DNA of 32,000 nucleotides, taken from positions 4,633-36,632 of the forward strand of contig JBKQMK010000202.1 in assembly GCA_052146735.1 (NCBI GenBank), given 5' to 3'. The position numbers and the translations under genes are program-made. Source of the DNA: Desulfomonilaceae bacterium (GTDB lineage: Bacteria; Desulfobacterota; Desulfomonilia; Desulfomonilales; Desulfomonilaceae). Positions within the stretch are counted from its first letter, which is position 1. Every line of letters starts with the position of its first letter. The notes under the pieces are model-generated. The model saw only the letters and a list, made by a program, of their open reading frames with translations. It made no database searches and had not been told where the DNA came from. Below are positions 8,746 through 16,991 of the stretch, piece after piece.

Positions 8746-9834
8746 TTACTTCCACGCGGGCGCTCCGGCTGCGGTTACCTGCTTTGTCCAATCTGATTCC
8801 ACCAGGTTGTAAACATTGAGCGGTATTGGCACGTAGTGCAGATCCGTGGCCATCGACTGTCCCTGCTTGAAGCACCAGTCGAAGAACTTGAGCATGGCTC
8901 CAGCCTTTGCAGGAGCGAGTTGATCTTTGTATATGAGAATATATGAGGCTCCAACGATAGGCCAACTCTTCTCCCCAGGTTGGTCGGTAAGCACCATGTA
9001 GAAACCGGGAGCCTTATCCCAATCGGCATTGGCAGCCGCAGCTTGAAATGTCTCGATAGTTGGGGCGACGAATTTGCCCGCGCGATTCTGGAGTTGGACA
9101 AACTTCAATCTTTCTCGCAGAGCGTACGCATACTCAACATAACCAATGGCTCCATCAGTTTTCTTCACCAGAACGGAGACCCCTTCATTCCCTTTGCCCC
9201 CCACGCCGGTGGGCCAGGAGACGGACTTGTCGTTTCCTACTTTTTCTTTCCAGTCTGGTGATACCTTGCTAAGATAGTTGGTGAAAATCCAGGTAGTCCC
9301 CGAGCCGTCGGCCCTGTGCACCACAGTGATTTCCTTGTCAGGCAATCTCAAGTCCGGGTTCACTGCCATTATTCTTGGGTCATTCCATTTCTTGATCTTG
9401 GCAAGGTATATGTCTGCCAAGAGTTCAGGTGTAAGTTTGAGTTTGCCTTTTGCTATGCCTTCAACGTGGATAACCGGAACGACGCCGCCCATTATCATGG
9501 GAAACTGGACCAGTCCGTGCTGGTTCAACTCTTCTGCTTTCAGAGGTTCATCGGAGGCCCCAAAGTCAACCGTTTTGGCTTTGATCTGGACTATTCCTCC
9601 TCCGGACCCGATTGCCTGATAGCCTATCTTCAAGCCAGTGTTTTGGTTGTACTTTGTAGCCCATTTGGCATAGACGGGATACGGGAAAGTGGCACCCGCG
9701 GCACTCAAACTCTCAACGTCCGGGGCCGCATTTGCAAACAGCGCTGCCTGCAAAGCCAGTAAGACAGCCACAACCAGCGTGAGTTTAATCTTTGAGGTTG
9801 AATTGACCCCGCAAGAAAGAATCCGTCGCCCCAT
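8746..9834 (-). CDS. pstS: Phosphate ABC transporter substrate-binding protein PstS (orphan; no pstCAB in the window)
   Basis: SD aaggagga. Signal peptide ...VVAVLLALQAALFANA-AP. Motifs GATFPYPVYAKWATKY, YQAIGSGGGIVQIKAKTVDFGASDEPL, VVHRADGSGTTWIFTNYL and WPTGVGGKGNEGV are canonical PstS phosphate-binding blocks. Confidence 0.92.
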   Translation of the reverse strand: MGRRILSCGVNSTSKIKLTLVVAVLLALQAALFANAAPDVESLSAAGATFPYPVYAKWATKYNQNTGLKIGYQAIGSGGGIVQIKAKTVDFGASDEPLKAEELNQHGLVQFPMIMGGVVPVIHVEGIAKGKLKLTPELLADIYLAKIKKWNDPRIMAVNPDLRLPDKEITVVHRADGSGTTWIFTNYLSKVSPDWKEKVGNDKSVSWPTGVGGKGNEGVSVLVKKTDGAIGYVEYAYALRERLKFVQLQNRAGKFVAPTIETFQAAAANADWDKAPGFYMVLTDQPGEKSWPIVGASYILIYKDQLAPAKAGAMLKFFDWCFKQGQSMATDLHYVPIPLNVYNLVESDWTKQVTAAGAPAWK

Positions 9835-10433
9835 TTTGTCCTCCTTTTTGTCTTCAGCAAGATGTTGTCACCATGTTTACAAGAAACTTTAGATGATGCC
9901 CGACTGCCCTTCGGGATGCTTGGGCGGCATATGTTTGAAGGACAGCACGGGCATCCGGAGCCGGGATTTCATTAGAAACGATCAATGTTAAGAGATCGCT
10001 AGTGCAAAGTTAAAAGTTAGATAGAAGTGGAAACCTTCCGTGCTCGATCGCGAGCCCGAAACCACGGTGTGTATTTGCTGCCAGTCCTCAACATCTCGTC
10101 TCTAACTTTTCAAAATCGGTATTTCTAACAAACATTTATAACAGACCTAACCAGTGGCTCACATTTTCGGACCATTCTGTTTCTGCACTAACATCACCAT
10201 GTTGGTATTGAGAATCCACAAGAAAGCGTATCTCATCAAAACTTGGCATCGATATGTGCTGAACGAAGCAAGGTTTAATGAAAAACTCACGCCTGAGTAA
10301 TATTCCGATAACAGACGCAGTCCTAGTAAGGGGCCGGCTGCGGTCACGAGTCAGGACAGGTTGGATGGTCCTGAAATTCGCTTCACGCGGTTCCATGGAA
10401 CTGGCCGATTTTGAGAATAATTAGGAGGAAAGA

Positions 10434-11126
10434 ATGGCGGAATGCAGTCTCAGTACAGGTTTACTCAAAGATGTCCTTCAGCACGCCAAACCGCTCGGGC
10501 ATAACCAAAAACCCCGCAATTTGAACCTTGGTTTCGGCTTCATTTATTATGGCGTTGTAAGGGCCCTCAGACCCAAACACACCCTGGTGATTGGTTCAGG
10601 ATACGGCTTCAGTGTGGTCTGCCTGGCTCTTGCCCTGAAGGACAATGGACAGGGCTCCCTTACGTTTGTGGATCCCTCGTATTCTTTGCTAAAGGATGGT
10701 CCCCTAAAAACCATGGGAGGCCGCGCCACTTGGAGTTCCGACACCAGCGTTAAAGAGCATTTCCGGAGATTCGGAGTTGAAGATATCGTAACCCACCACA
10801 AGATGAGGAGCGACCAATTGTTTCCTTCTTACGAAGACTTACAGTTGTCTCCCATCGACCTGGGCTTTATCGACGGAAATCATTCATATGAGGATGTGAA
10901 ATACGATTTCATCAGTATGCTCGGCCGTTGTCGCAAGAATAGTTACATCTTTCTTCACGATACTAACATCTACGTTAGAGAATTCCTTCACCATTCGGGG
11001 GTCAAACGGTGGCTGAAGATTGTGAAGAGAGAGGAGCAAGCGTTCGAAGTGATAAATTTCCCTTTTTCATCAGGTGTTGCACTAGTGCGAATCTTGGAGC
11101 CCGCTATATGGAAACAAGTTCACTGA
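10434..11126 (+). CDS. Class I SAM-dependent methyltransferase (Methyltransf_24/CmcI-like)
   Basis: SD taggaggaaaga. Motifs LVIGSGYGFSVVCLALAL...LTFVDPS (GxGxG SAM motif) and FIDGNHSYEDVKYDF. Its 3' end overlaps the next gene by 19 nt. Confidence 0.7.
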   Translation: MAECSLSTGLLKDVLQHAKPLGHNQKPRNLNLGFGFIYYGVVRALRPKHTLVIGSGYGFSVVCLALALKDNGQGSLTFVDPSYSLLKDGPLKTMGGRATWSSDTSVKEHFRRFGVEDIVTHHKMRSDQLFPSYEDLQLSPIDLGFIDGNHSYEDVKYDFISMLGRCRKNSYIFLHDTNIYVREFLHHSGVKRWLKIVKREEQAFEVINFPFSSGVALVRILEPAIWKQVH

Positions 11127-11809
11127 CTCGCATCATCTTGCCATGCGTTTTGGTAATAATCGCTGCATTCCTGTTCTGGCGCTACATCTGGTTCTTCCGG
11201 AACCCGCCGCGAACCATTGCTGGGGGTGAAAACATGGTTAGCCCTGCCGACGGGACAGTCGTGTATGTCAAGACGGTTCAGCCCAATGAAGAGGTAATAG
11301 TTATAAAACAAGGGGTCTCAGCCCGCATCAAGGACATAGTACGACAGGACATGGACGCGCCCAAGCTGGTGGTAGGCATCTTCATGAGCCCATTTAATGT
11401 TCACTATAACCGCGCGCCAATAGCGGGGAGGGTCGAGCAGATCGTTCACCATCCCGCCAAGACAAGGAACTTACATATGGGACCAATGCACCTTCGGACA
11501 TTGATTAATCACCTACCCCTTTATGAAAACAGCCTCCACATAGTGGAGAATGAGAGGACCGTGACGAGGATCAGAGGAAGATTCAAAGGAGATGATGTGT
11601 CCTGCTACGTGGTCCAGATAGCGGGAAAAAGCGTGAGCGGAATTGACAGCTATGTCCTTGAAGGGGGAGGGGTCCGCAAGGGAGAAATCTTTGGAATGAT
11701 CCGCATTGGATCTCAGGTAGACGTAGTTGTTCCGGAGTTTGCCGGAATGCAAGTCAAGGTCCACCCTGGAGATAAAGTTTGGGCCGGAGAGTCTGTGCTT
11801 GTGGAATAA
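11108..11809 (+). CDS. Phosphatidylserine decarboxylase family protein (short, archaeal-like type) with an N-terminal TM helix
   Basis: METSSLTRIILPCVLVIIAAFLFWRYIWFF (TM helix), VSPADGTVVYV, VGIFMSPFNVHYNRAPIAGRV and FGMIRIGSQVDVVVP (GS-type self-cleavage site region). The track start at 11009 is probably spurious. ATG 11108 has GGAG 9 nt upstream. Confidence 0.8.
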   Translation: METSSLTRIILPCVLVIIAAFLFWRYIWFFRNPPRTIAGGENMVSPADGTVVYVKTVQPNEEVIVIKQGVSARIKDIVRQDMDAPKLVVGIFMSPFNVHYNRAPIAGRVEQIVHHPAKTRNLHMGPMHLRTLINHLPLYENSLHIVENERTVTRIRGRFKGDDVSCYVVQIAGKSVSGIDSYVLEGGGVRKGEIFGMIRIGSQVDVVVPEFAGMQVKVHPGDKVWAGESVLVE

Positions 11810-11857
11810 TCAATTCAAAACAACTCTACACGAATACTTAAGAAAGGTGGCAATGGC

Positions 11858-14353
11858 ATGAAAATCGATCTGCATGTCCATTCTAAGTTTTCCAGACGGC
11901 CTTCGGAGTGGATCCTCAAAAAGCTTGGGTGTCCGGAAAGTTTCACCGACCCCTTGCATCTTTACACAATTGCAAAAAAGAGAGGAATGTCCGCGGTCAC
12001 AATCACCGACCATAATACAATCGAGGGCTCTATGGAAATCGCCCATCTTCCGGACACTTTCGTAAGCGAGGAAGTGACTACCTATTTCCCTGATGACAGG
12101 TGCAAGCTTCATGTTCTCGTGTATGACATCGATGAGCAAAAGCACCAAGACATTCAAAAGATACGGGAGAATGTGTTCGACCTGACAGCTTACCTCAGAG
12201 AAAGCAGGATAACCCACGTCCTCGCTCATCCGCTATTTTCTATAAATGGGAAACTGAGCATCGAACATTTCGAGAAGTGTCTGCTCATTTTCAAGAATTT
12301 TGAACTGAACGGCGCGCGAAATGAGGAACAGAACCGGTGCCTCGAACTCGTACTCTCGATTCTGACCCCGGAAAAGATTGAACAACTTGCAGAAAAGCAC
12401 AATTTGACGCCATCATTTGTTTTCCCGTGGGTAAAGAACCTGACCGGAGGATCGGATGATCACAGCTCGCTTACCATAGCCCGCAGATATACTAAAGTAG
12501 AAGCGGCGACCGGAGTGGAACGGTTTCTGCGGGGAGTCGAACAGAACGAGGCTGCAGTTGCCGGTCCGGGATCGAGTCCCAAAACATTGGCTCACAATGT
12601 GTACAGCGTAGCATATCAGTTTTATCAGAATAAATTTGATTTGAAGCGGTACGTTAATAGTGACGTCATCTTTAAATTTCTGGACCGATTCCTTCAAGTG
12701 GGCCAAGACCGTGAGCCCGGCCTTCTGGCAAGACTGGATTTCTATTGGAACCACGGGAAGAGGCCAAAGGCTGCCGACAGAGGAAATGGGACCGTCATGA
12801 ACTTGCTGCGGCAGGAGACTCACCGACTGATTTGGGATGATCCGCAACTTTCGGAGATATTCAAAAACGGTAACGGAGATAGCGAAACTCTCGACGAAAA
12901 ATGGTTCCGTTTTGTGAACAAAGTCTCGATTAAGGTAGTAGAGCACTTTACGGACCACGTAATGGACAGCCTTGCCGGAGCCCACTTTCTGAACCTGTTT
13001 AACGCTCTGGGTTCTGCCGGGGCGCTATATTCGGTGCTGGCGCCGTATTTTGTCGCATTCTCGATCTATTCGGAGGATAGGCAGTTCGGCGATACAGTGC
13101 TACGCCGGTTTCTCGAGGAAAAGCCGAACCCCTCAAAGCGTGCCGACAGCATCAAGGTTGCGCACTTTACTGACACGTTCTATGAAGTCAATGGAGTTGC
13201 GGGCACGTTGAAGGCGCAAATAGGCGCTGCTCTCAGAACCGGCAAGAACTATACCGTGGTAACCTGTGACCCTGGACATCACACCAGCACCAAGGGCGTC
13301 ACGAACTTCAAGCCCATCGGAGTTTACGAAACGCCTGTTTATCCGGAACAAAAGCTCTTCTATCCTCCTTTTCTGGAAATGCTTGACTACTGCTACAATG
13401 AAGCATTCACTCACATTCATTGCGCTACACCAGGTCCTCTCGGACTCGCAGCACTAGCCATTGCGCGCATATTGAAGGTTCCTGTAGTGGGAACTTATCA
13501 TACAGCCCTACCTCAATATTCCCAGTATCTTACAGAGGACGCCACCATCGCTGAACTGATGTGGAAATACGTCTTATGGTACTATGACCAGATGGATCGC
13601 GTGTTCGTGCCATCCAGGAGCACGGCTGCCGAACTTACGGAAAGGGGAATATACTCGCACAAGGTTGTAGTGACTCCGAGAGGAGTGGACACCAGCCGAT
13701 TCTGCCCGACTAAGCGCAATGGGTGTCTTGATGAGTATTGCAGCAGCAAAGAAGCGGTGAAGCTCCTGTATGTGGGTCGAGTTTCCAAAGAAAAAAACTT
13801 GGAACTACTTGTGAAGGCTTTCCGGGAGTTGGTCCAGTCAGGGGAAGAAGTGAATCTGTTCATTGTGGGGGACGGTCCGTACCGCGAAGAGATGGAGCGG
13901 GCTTTGACGGAGACTCCGACCATTTTCATGGGATACGTGGAGGGTGAGGCGCTTGCGGAAGTCTATGCTTCCTGCGATCTTTTTGTGTTTCCCAGCACCA
14001 CCGATACCTTCGGAAACGTGGTTCTGGAATCTCAGGCATCCGGTCTCCCGGTTATTGTGACCAATTGCGGCGGGCCTCGAGAGAACATGATTCCGGGAAA
14101 AACAGGTCTGATCGTCGAAGGAAACAGTGAGAAAAGCCTTCTGGACGGAATACAGACCTTGCTGTCAGACCCACGGCGTCTGAAGGAGATGGGGAAGGCG
14201 GCCCGTGGGTACGCGGAGAATCGCTCATTCGACATTGCGTTCAACAAGTCGTGGGACCTTTACACCGAAACTCCTGAATCCTTTGGGACCGGCTCTCAGG
14301 TACCTTGGATTTGGTCCTTTCCGGCAGAGGGCCCACAGAGGCGGTCGGCTTAG
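11858..14353 (+). CDS. Fusion protein: N-terminal PHP-family metal-dependent phosphoesterase domain, ~200-aa linker with a hydrophobic segment, and a C-terminal GT4 (SqdX-like) glycosyltransferase
   Basis: SD aaaggtgg. PHP signature MKIDLHVHSKFS...AVTITDHNTIEG...GGSDDHS. Hydrophobic stretch GSAGALYSVLAPYFVAFSIY. GT4 N-domain VAHFTDTFYEVNGVAGTL. GT4 C-domain LLYVGRVSKEKN...IVGDGPYREEME...FPSTTDTFGNVVLESQASGLPVIVTNCGGPRENM...GLIVE. Confidence 0.85.
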   Translation: MKIDLHVHSKFSRRPSEWILKKLGCPESFTDPLHLYTIAKKRGMSAVTITDHNTIEGSMEIAHLPDTFVSEEVTTYFPDDRCKLHVLVYDIDEQKHQDIQKIRENVFDLTAYLRESRITHVLAHPLFSINGKLSIEHFEKCLLIFKNFELNGARNEEQNRCLELVLSILTPEKIEQLAEKHNLTPSFVFPWVKNLTGGSDDHSSLTIARRYTKVEAATGVERFLRGVEQNEAAVAGPGSSPKTLAHNVYSVAYQFYQNKFDLKRYVNSDVIFKFLDRFLQVGQDREPGLLARLDFYWNHGKRPKAADRGNGTVMNLLRQETHRLIWDDPQLSEIFKNGNGDSETLDEKWFRFVNKVSIKVVEHFTDHVMDSLAGAHFLNLFNALGSAGALYSVLAPYFVAFSIYSEDRQFGDTVLRRFLEEKPNPSKRADSIKVAHFTDTFYEVNGVAGTLKAQIGAALRTGKNYTVVTCDPGHHTSTKGVTNFKPIGVYETPVYPEQKLFYPPFLEMLDYCYNEAFTHIHCATPGPLGLAALAIARILKVPVVGTYHTALPQYSQYLTEDATIAELMWKYVLWYYDQMDRVFVPSRSTAAELTERGIYSHKVVVTPRGVDTSRFCPTKRNGCLDEYCSSKEAVKLLYVGRVSKEKNLELLVKAFRELVQSGEEVNLFIVGDGPYREEMERALTETPTIFMGYVEGEALAEVYASCDLFVFPSTTDTFGNVVLESQASGLPVIVTNCGGPRENMIPGKTGLIVEGNSEKSLLDGIQTLLSDPRRLKEMGKAARGYAENRSFDIAFNKSWDLYTETPESFGTGSQVPWIWSFPAEGPQRRSA

Positions 14354-14411
14354 ACAGTCTGCTCTTCTTTTACTGGTGCTGTGACAAAAATTGGCTGCTG
14401 AATTGACATCT

Positions 14412-15272
14412 ATGCCATTGGACTATTATTTGGCGTCAGTGCTCGACTGGACCCAGAGTCTTGGTGGATGGGGCCTCATTGTCGTTGCAGCCTTGTATGT
14501 CCTGGCGTGCCTACTGTTTCTCCCCGGATCGATACTTACTCTAGGGGTCGGCTTCTTGTTCGGTGCTCCCGCGGGAGTTTTGACCGTGTTGACGGGAGCC
14601 AATTTCGGGGCTTGCGCCGTTTTCGTCGTTGGCCGGACTATTGCTCGTGACTGGATAGCCCGGAAGATAGCCGATAACCCGAAACTTGCAGCCCTGGATG
14701 TTGCTGTAGGTAAAGAAGGGTTTAGGATGGTGCTGCTGCTCCGGCTGAATCCGGTGGTTCCTTTCAATGTTCTGAATTATGCCCTTGGCCTTACCAAGGT
14801 TTCCTTCCGCGATTACGCTCTCGCAACACTGATTGGTATGCTTCCTGAGACCCTGATATTGGTCTACCTGGGCTCCGCGGCAAAATCTTTAGCCGATTCG
14901 GTTACAGGCCAGGCAGACAGTGGTACGGCCGGTCGCGTTTTTATGTGGATCGGACTTGCAGCCACGATAGGCGTTGCAATCTTGGCAACACGGATTGCCC
15001 AACGGAGCCTGAAGGCGGCCCGAACGCCGGCACGCGATGCCCGCATGGCTACACCTGTTGAAGGGCTTCGAGAAAAAGAGGTCAATAATCGAACAATTCC
15101 GGTCTGGGCGTGTCGGACGTTCCCTATCCCCTCACGTGGATTTGAACCAACCATCCCCCAATTTATCGGCGAACAACCTGCCAACCCTTTGGATTCCAGG
15201 ATCGAACACTCTTCATTCTCAGACTTTATGCGCTCCACGCAACCAAGCACGCACTTGTCGGATGAGCGATAA
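14412..15272 (+). CDS. TVP38/TMEM64 (DedA-related, SNARE-associated) family membrane protein with a ~85-aa non-hydrophobic C-terminal tail
   Basis: LFLPGSILTLGVGFLFG, LRLNPVVPFNVLNYALGLTKVSFRDYALATLIGMLPETLILVYLG. The start could be TTG 14391 or ATG 14412. The tail after ~15000 has no recognisable motif. Confidence 0.8.
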   Translation: MPLDYYLASVLDWTQSLGGWGLIVVAALYVLACLLFLPGSILTLGVGFLFGAPAGVLTVLTGANFGACAVFVVGRTIARDWIARKIADNPKLAALDVAVGKEGFRMVLLLRLNPVVPFNVLNYALGLTKVSFRDYALATLIGMLPETLILVYLGSAAKSLADSVTGQADSGTAGRVFMWIGLAATIGVAILATRIAQRSLKAARTPARDARMATPVEGLREKEVNNRTIPVWACRTFPIPSRGFEPTIPQFIGEQPANPLDSRIEHSSFSDFMRSTQPSTHLSDER

Positions 15273-15362
15273 ATCCTGACTACGAGCGCTGCCTTTTTCT
15301 GGAGCCGACCACTAATCGTTTTTTAATTGATTCCAAACACCCCCAAAACTTTTTCCTTGTAC

Positions 15363-15419
15363 ACATTATGTAATCAATGTTTTGATTCGATCACGAAACG
15401 TGTTTTACAGAAGCAAATC
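15363..15419 (+). promoter_or_regulatory. Copy A of a duplicated 57-nt regulatory module, upstream of the LysR gene
   Basis: acattatgtaatcaatgttttgattcgatcacgaaacgtgttttacagaagcaaatc. Gap-free 43/57 identity to 16620-16676, with the first 15 nt identical. Contains dyads ACATT-N8-AATGT and CACG-AAA-CGTG. Ends 44 nt before ATG 15463. Confidence 0.6.
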
Positions 15420-15462
15420 GGCCGTATTCACCTGGACAAAAAGTCAGAGGAAACCGAAAGTG

Positions 15463-16350
15463 ATGAATCTGGAGCATGTCAAATCCTACTTGGCGGTTGT
15501 GCGCACTGGGAGCTACCATAAAGCTGCCAAGCACCTCGGATTGGCTCAGCCCACGGTCAGTCAGCATATCAGAAAACTGGAGAAAACCCTTGGCGCCACA
15601 TTGATCATCCGCGACCGCAATGGATGCTTCATGGCGCCACGCACTGAAGCCTTTGCACGCCAGGCCGAGTCGTTAGTCCGGATCGCGGACAAGGCGCGGA
15701 ATGCTTTGCGCCGTCCGACGATGACTGTGGGGGCCAGCACAAATGTAGGGACCTACCTGCTGCAGCCCATGTTTAAAGACTTCTACGAAGCTAATCGCGA
15801 GTCGCTGACTCTAGACCTGGTCATTGATCGCAATGATCGGATCGCGGATCGTCTCGAGAGTGATGAGATTGATGTTGCAGTCATGGAGTGGTGGGACAAT
15901 CGAGCGGGTTTCGTGAACCGCCCTTGGAAGAAGGAACGACTGGTGGTGATTGTTCCTCCCGGTCATCCCTGGAGCACTCGAAAATCTATCTCAGCGGAAG
16001 AGCTAATGGGGGAAAGGATGATCGGAGGCGAATCGGCCACGGGAACTGGCCGAGTACTGCGTGAAGCCCTGGGGGATCTTATGTCTGAATTTCACGTGGC
16101 ATTCAAACTTGGGAGCACGGAGGCCGTTAAGAACGCCGTTCAGACCGGGCTTGGAATTTCTATGGTCTTGGCGAGTTCAGTTGTGGACGAGGTCAAAAGC
16201 GGGGCGCTTAAAGCCATACATATCGATGGCCCTTGGCTCGAAAAGGAACTCATGGTCATTCATCGTCGCGGCCTTCCTAGTGACAGCGTCGCGGTAAGGT
16301 TCGCCGAGAAACTGACAAAAGAAAACGCGGTTTCGCTCGCGCCTTCTTGA
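15463..16350 (+). CDS. LysR-family transcriptional regulator (PtxE-like by context)
   Basis: MNLEHVKSYLAVVRTGSYHKAAKHLGLAQPTVSQHIRKLE is a LysR winged-HTH, followed by a substrate-binding domain. It sits directly upstream of the ptxABCD-like operon. The track start at 15382 is probably too long. Confidence 0.85.
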   Translation: MNLEHVKSYLAVVRTGSYHKAAKHLGLAQPTVSQHIRKLEKTLGATLIIRDRNGCFMAPRTEAFARQAESLVRIADKARNALRRPTMTVGASTNVGTYLLQPMFKDFYEANRESLTLDLVIDRNDRIADRLESDEIDVAVMEWWDNRAGFVNRPWKKERLVVIVPPGHPWSTRKSISAEELMGERMIGGESATGTGRVLREALGDLMSEFHVAFKLGSTEAVKNAVQTGLGISMVLASSVVDEVKSGALKAIHIDGPWLEKELMVIHRRGLPSDSVAVRFAEKLTKENAVSLAPS

Positions 16351-16421
16351 AGTAATCATTTTCACCTGTGATACCAATGCGCTGCCGAATAAGTAATCCC
16401 GCCGATGAAGGGACTGACCGG

Positions 16422-16490
16422 CGTTTCGGGCAGGTCTCCGGAGCGCACTCACCCTATGCCGTTCATAGCGTAAGAGATCTGCCCGAAACG
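16422..16490. other. Long stem-loop: 17-bp helix enclosing an inner 5-bp hairpin, between the LysR gene and the ptx promoter region
   Basis: cGTTTCGGGCAGGTCTC (16422-16438) pairs with GAGATCTGCCCGAAACg (16474-16490): 17 pairs including one G-T. The loop contains CTATGccgttCATAG (16454-16468). There is no flanking T-run on either strand. Confidence 0.45.
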
Positions 16491-16619
16491 GCACCAACTG
16501 CTCTGACGCAGTACTACTCGTTTGAAAGCGCCTTGTTATTACGGGTCTTCATTGGTCGAGGAAAAGGATTAACCATTTTTTAGTTTGATCCTAATTCCTA
16601 CCAAATTTTGTCCGGGTAA

Positions 16620-16676
16620 ACATTATGTAATCAAAATCCTTTTTCGATGACGAAACGTCATCCATCGCAGCAAATC
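16620..16676 (+). promoter_or_regulatory. Copy B of the duplicated 57-nt regulatory module, upstream of ptxA
   Basis: acattatgtaatcaaaatcctttttcgatgacgaaacgtcatccatcgcagcaaatc. Contains a perfect dyad GATGACG-AAA-CGTCATC. Lies 316 nt before ptxA ATG 16992. Confidence 0.6.
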
Positions 16677-16743
16677 TCCCATTTTACGCCGCACTCGATG
16701 CGAGGGAGATTGGGATTTCCATCCGCTGAAAGAAGGAAAGACC

Positions 16744-16869
16744 ATGGCAAGTCAGCACCTAAATCTGAAAAGTTTGGCGGCGGTCACCGCGATTGAGGCA
16801 TGTTTCCTGCTCGTTGCCCGCAGTTTCCGTGCGCAGCAGACGAAAGACGGGCAAATCGCTGAAATTTAG
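16744..16869 (+). pseudogene. 41-codon ORF resembling the first helix of a LysR HTH; possible relic of a duplicated regulator gene
   Basis: MASQHLNLKSLAAVTAIEACFLLVARSFRAQQTKDGQIAEI, preceded by gaaggaaag. Compare the start of the LysR gene, MNLEHVKSYLAVVRTGSYHKAAKHL. It follows module copy B at a distance similar to that between the LysR gene and copy A. Confidence 0.3.
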
Positions 16870-16991
16870 TTTCCAATTTCGCAACGAGAAAGCCGATGAG
16901 GCGCTTGCTCCTTACTTAGTTTTACTCCAGCGGTGTTGAAACTGGTGTAGGGACATCACTCTTCCGCGGGATACCGGATGGGGAGAATGAA

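Noticed and set aside
9866-9886. Pho-box-like direct repeat TTGTCAC-catg-TTTACAA just upstream of pstS. It also shares a 12/15 motif (CCATGTnnnCAAGAA) with 6030-6044, upstream of the second PBP gene.
   Set aside because: The box lies only ~30 nt from the pstS start codon, which leaves little room for a -10 element and a leader. My estimate is that a 12/15 match between two ~500-nt regions is expected a few times by chance. The orientation relative to the two genes also differs.
10136-10396. ORFs on the minus strand in the divergent gap between pstS and the methyltransferase gene.
   Set aside because: They have no SD or motifs. They sit where the divergent promoters are expected, so they are likely non-coding.
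15125-15260. tRNA-like T-arm strings on the minus strand (GGTTCAAATCC and GTTCGATCC), inside the C-terminal tail region of the TVP38-family ORF.
   Set aside because: I could not build a cloverleaf. No acceptor-stem complement exists (the cccctca needed to pair with tgagggg is absent). The T-stems do not pair, and there is no D-arm consensus. I treat these as chance matches within coding or tail sequence.
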